Below, in pieces: positions 24,426 through 27,550 of a stretch of 27,550 bases of DNA; within the stretch, counting starts at the first letter, position 1, and every line of letters starts with the position of its first letter. Location: the NCBI GenBank assembly GCA_040757315.1, contig JBFLXP010000001.1, positions 1 to 27,550 of the forward strand, in the 5' to 3' direction. The translations under genes were made by a program, and so were the position numbers. The DNA is from Nitrospirota bacterium. GTDB taxonomy: Bacteria; Nitrospirota; Thermodesulfovibrionia; Thermodesulfovibrionales; SM23-35. The notes beneath the pieces are model-generated. The model was not told the origin of the DNA and ran no database searches. It saw only the letters and a list, made by a program, of their open reading frames with translations.

Positions 24426-25493
24426 TTGCAAGCCGCTCAGAATATCCAGCTCGATCCTCTCGGAGAGCGGGCCGTTGCTGACCCCCGATCGATAGATGGA
24501 AAGGATCTTTTCTACATAGATTCCGGCTCTTTCGTATCCCGCCGTTCTTGCGGCCTCAATGCCCTCCCAGTCGCCTGTAACCAGAAATGCCTCAAACGCC
24601 TCACGGATTTCAGGGAACAGTAATTTCCTCAGACCACTCAGGAACACTATATAGAATCCCAAGGACCCCGCCTTCCGGTTCCGGATGATATGTGAAAGCA
24701 TGCCCTGCGCCGACGTATCTGAAAGGACATCCTTGACCGACCGGGCGAATAATTCCGAGCGCCCCGTCGGCAGAGAGGCGATCAAAGTCTTCCACTCCGC
24801 CCCGATCTTTTCTCCCTCGAAAACTTCACCGAGTTCGTGGTGCATGAACGTTTCGACCTCCGACGAAGCTATCAGGGATATTTTTAGGTCGACTTCTTCC
24901 GAGGGCTCCGCCCCTGCATCAATGCCGTAGTGCGAAAAGGCAAAGCTGAGGGCGCACTTCGATTTCTTGAACCGCAATTCTTCAAACCTGTTCCAAAGAA
25001 GCAACTTTGTCATATCCGCCCGGACAAATACGGAACCATCCTGCGCCATGGCCGGGTAATCAGCCAGGTCCCGCGCATATTCGCTGCCCGCCATGAAAAC
25101 GGTGCATCCTTTCACCCGGTCTGTCGAGACAAGGTCGGCAAGAAAGAACGAGGGTTTCCCGTGGAGACCAAAGCCCGCGCCATAGACAAGCCCTTCCCTT
25201 CCTAAAACGGCGTTGATCTTTTCGACATCGAAAGGTTCCCGGACAACGCCGTCAAGCGGGATGCCCTCAATCTCCTCATCCTCAAGCTCCTTCCACAGGG
25301 TCTCCCGCGAGGCTATCCATTCGCCGATATCGTTCTGGAGAATCTTCTCCCAGGGCCTTATCTTCTTCTCCGAGCGATACAACTCTCTCAGCCTGAGGAG
25401 AAGGCCGCATAGGGAATACGTTCCCCAATGCCGAGCGTCCGAGACGTCGCAGTTTCTTTTCACCCGGCGGATCAATGATTCAATATCGAGCAT
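24417..25493 (-). CDS. Conserved hypothetical protein resembling the Sfum_1244/DUF6866 family
   Basis: 358-aa ORF; N-terminal NCDVSDARHWGTYSLCGLLLRLR motif; family name by recall only. Confidence 0.7.
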   Translation of the reverse strand: MLDIESLIRRVKRNCDVSDARHWGTYSLCGLLLRLRELYRSEKKIRPWEKILQNDIGEWIASRETLWKELEDEEIEGIPLDGVVREPFDVEKINAVLGREGLVYGAGFGLHGKPSFFLADLVSTDRVKGCTVFMAGSEYARDLADYPAMAQDGSVFVRADMTKLLLWNRFEELRFKKSKCALSFAFSHYGIDAGAEPSEEVDLKISLIASSEVETFMHHELGEVFEGEKIGAEWKTLIASLPTGRSELFARSVKDVLSDTSAQGMLSHIIRNRKAGSLGFYIVFLSGLRKLLFPEIREAFEAFLVTGDWEGIEAARTAGYERAGIYVEKILSIYRSGVSNGPLSERIELDILSGLQLR

Positions 25494-25566
25494 TCTTTTT
25501 TTATTCTACCAGATAAAGAGGATCGGGAGCATTGCGGGAATTTTGAGAGGGGTGATATCCTTAATC

Positions 25567-26334
25567 ATGCGGAAGATCAAACTCCTCATCGAATACGACG
25601 GTTCTGCTTATCACGGCTGGCAGATACAAAAGAGAGAGCCGACAATCCAGAGTGTCCTTGAGGGCGCGGTTCGGAAAGTCGCGGGTGAACCGTCTGCAGT
25701 CATAGGAGCCGGACGGACCGACGCCGGGGTGCACGCTCTCGGGCAAGTTGCCGCTTTCACGACGTCATCGGAACTTCCGCCGGATGTAATAAAGAAGGCG
25801 CTTAATGCAGTGCTTCCGCCTGATATCAGGATTCTTAATGCATCCGACGCGGACGCCGGCTTCAGGCCGAGAGACGACGCCTTGAGAAAGAGGTATTACT
25901 ACATCATAGCCAACCAGAGAGCTTCCTCCGCTTTTCTCCACCGGCACGTGTGGCTTGTCAGGCAGCCGCTTGATATGAAGGCGATGACGACAGCCGGTGC
26001 GGCCGTTGTCGGAACCCATGATTTCTCGTCCTTCATGGGCACGGGCAGCGGAATAAAGAATCCCGTTCGTCAGATTTTTTCTCTGGATATCAGCCAGCTG
26101 AGGCAGATCGATTTCATGACGGCGGAGTTCACCGGCGATTTCATCAAAATCAGCATCGAAGCCACCGGTTTTCTGAGGCATATGGTTAGGAACATTGTAG
26201 GAACTCTGGTAGAAGTCGGCAGGGGAAGAATTCCTGCGGAGAGCCTGGCGGATATTATGGCAAGGCGGGATAGGAAATATGCAGGCCCTACCGCTCCGGC
26301 AAATGCCCTTTTCCTGGAACGGATCATATATTAA
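25567..26334 (+). CDS. truA: tRNA pseudouridine(38-40) synthase (start at 25567, MRKIKL)
   Basis: YDGSAYHGWQ, GAGRTDAGVHA, FLRHMVRNIVG, GPTAPANALFL. Confidence 0.96.
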   Translation: MRKIKLLIEYDGSAYHGWQIQKREPTIQSVLEGAVRKVAGEPSAVIGAGRTDAGVHALGQVAAFTTSSELPPDVIKKALNAVLPPDIRILNASDADAGFRPRDDALRKRYYYIIANQRASSAFLHRHVWLVRQPLDMKAMTTAGAAVVGTHDFSSFMGTGSGIKNPVRQIFSLDISQLRQIDFMTAEFTGDFIKISIEATGFLRHMVRNIVGTLVEVGRGRIPAESLADIMARRDRKYAGPTAPANALFLERIIY

Positions 26335-26350
26335 TCCGGTTTTCGCTTCG

Positions 26351-26380
26351 TTGACACGCCATAATTCTACTTGATATACT
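26351..26380 (+). promoter_or_regulatory. Strong sigma70 promoter upstream of the DUF4388 gene
   Basis: TTGACA-N18-TATACT with TGn extension (26372-26374). Confidence 0.7.
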
Positions 26381-26453
26381 GCATTATCAATTGCTATGAG
26401 AGGCTATCGACAAGTATGCCCCATTGTCTGCGGCATGAGAGGATAAAGAAGAG

Positions 26454-27550
26454 ATGAGCCTTGTAGGGAGACTCGAAGACCTTGCCCTCGCTGACATCTT
26501 CCAGATACTGAGCATCGGGAAAAAAACCGGCACCCTCGTTCTCAAGGGAAGCCGTGGAAATGCTTTTGTTGTCTTCAGAAACGGCCTTGTTGTGAGGGCG
26601 GAAACCGACGATCTCGACAGAACCCTGGGGGAAGATCTTCTTGGGGTCGGCACAATAAGAGACACCATCCTCAATTTGGCGATGGAGGTAAAAAAAAAGC
26701 TGCCCTCCAAATCAGTCCCCGAGATTCTTAACGAACTCGGATCGGTTTCCAGAGAGGTGCTCGAAAAGACAGCAAAGAAAAGGGTAGAACGGGTCGTCTA
26801 TCAGCTACTCTTCTGGCAGGACGGAGACTTCCAGTTTGAGCTTGACGACACAGATCCGATCGGAAAGGCTGATGTCCCCGACATTGGCTGGGAACTCTCG
26901 AAAGGCATGAGTCCCGAGTATCTCCTCATGGAAGGCGCCCGCGTGCACGATGAATTTTCGCAGGCGTCCCCGACGTCGACGGAGGATCTGTCCGAAATTC
27001 GTGGTGAGGAGACATCCTGGGAAGAAGACTGGGGCTCTCAGCCCTCTCCGGAAAGAAAAGATATCTCCTCACTCAAGGCTCTGACGCAGGAACTTCGCTT
27101 CCCCAATACTTCATCTGAAATCACTCTGCTTATTCTCAGATTTGCCAGTGATATGTTCTCGCGCGGCGTCCTTTTCATGGTCGGAGACACCGAGGTAGTG
27201 GGCCTCGGACAATTCGGCCTCGATATAGAGGGTCCCGATGAGAAAATACGTGAGACTGCGCTATCTCTCCTCAAAAGCTCTTTCTTGCAGAATATTATCG
27301 CGGAAAAGCGGCCGTACAAAGGGCTGATGGAGAAGGACGAGGTCACTGAATCCTTTGTGAAAAGTATAGGCGGAGAATGGCCGGAGGAGGTCGCGTTCTT
27401 TCCCATAATCGCCGAAGGGAAGGTTGTTGCTCTGTTGTTCTGCGACAACCTGGCCTCGGGTGAGAGTTTCGGGGAAACCGCCGGTCTCGAGATCTTCATC
27501 GATCAGGCCGGCATGGCTCTTGAGAAATCGCTGCTTCAGAGGCGGATCCA
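26454..27550 (+). CDS. DUF4388 (PATAN-like) domain protein with C-terminal GAF-like region; 3'-truncated by the window edge
   Basis: Manual translation MSLVGRLEDLALADIFQILSIGKKTGTL...LLFWQDGDFQF...LLMEGARVHDE...FFPIIAEGKVVALLFCDN; no stop before 27550, hence absent from the ORF track. Confidence 0.85.
   Translation, partial: MSLVGRLEDLALADIFQILSIGKKTGTLVLKGSRGNAFVVFRNGLVVRAETDDLDRTLGEDLLGVGTIRDTILNLAMEVKKKLPSKSVPEILNELGSVSREVLEKTAKKRVERVVYQLLFWQDGDFQFELDDTDPIGKADVPDIGWELSKGMSPEYLLMEGARVHDEFSQASPTSTEDLSEIRGEETSWEEDWGSQPSPERKDISSLKALTQELRFPNTSSEITLLILRFASDMFSRGVLFMVGDTEVVGLGQFGLDIEGPDEKIRETALSLLKSSFLQNIIAEKRPYKGLMEKDEVTESFVKSIGGEWPEEVAFFPIIAEGKVVALLFCDNLASGESFGETAGLEIFIDQAGMALEKSLLQRRI

Noticed and set aside
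25213-25566. 118-codon N-terminal extension of truA in the ORF track
   Set aside because: Overlaps the divergent gene antisense and is low-complexity; the TruA fold starts at 25567

Overview
A ~27.5 kb, mostly housekeeping bacterial chromosome segment; gene style suggests a Nitrospirota/deltaproteobacteria-like organism (inference). In order it carries: a sensor kinase plus sigma54 NtrC-type regulator (-); a livHMGF ABC transporter with no binding-protein gene; a long co-directional run (acyP, recN, 2x[4Fe-4S] ferredoxin, ROK glucokinase, lepB, DUF4845-like, ribE, ribBA, ribH, nusB, FG-GAP protein, uppS, cdsA, dxr, rseP, rfaE2); a DUF433 antitoxin with a truncated DUF5615-type partner; a lipoprotein and hisD (-); a GAF/HD-GYP protein; a conserved hypothetical gene; truA; and a 3'-truncated DUF4388/GAF-like gene missing from the ORF track. 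No tRNA, rRNA, CRISPR array, transposase or integrase was found. The unusual signal is non-coding. First, a 176-nt rod-like fold with a 15-bp perfect closing stem and asymmetric central bubble (6S-RNA-like) lies between a sigma70 promoter and hisD, overlapped by a His-His uORF coupled to hisD. Second, the spacers hold several palindromic repeat families: covarying GTCATT-tagged hairpins, two ~140-bp TIR-bounded composites with apparent 3-bp duplications, and heptamer-periodic inverted arms.
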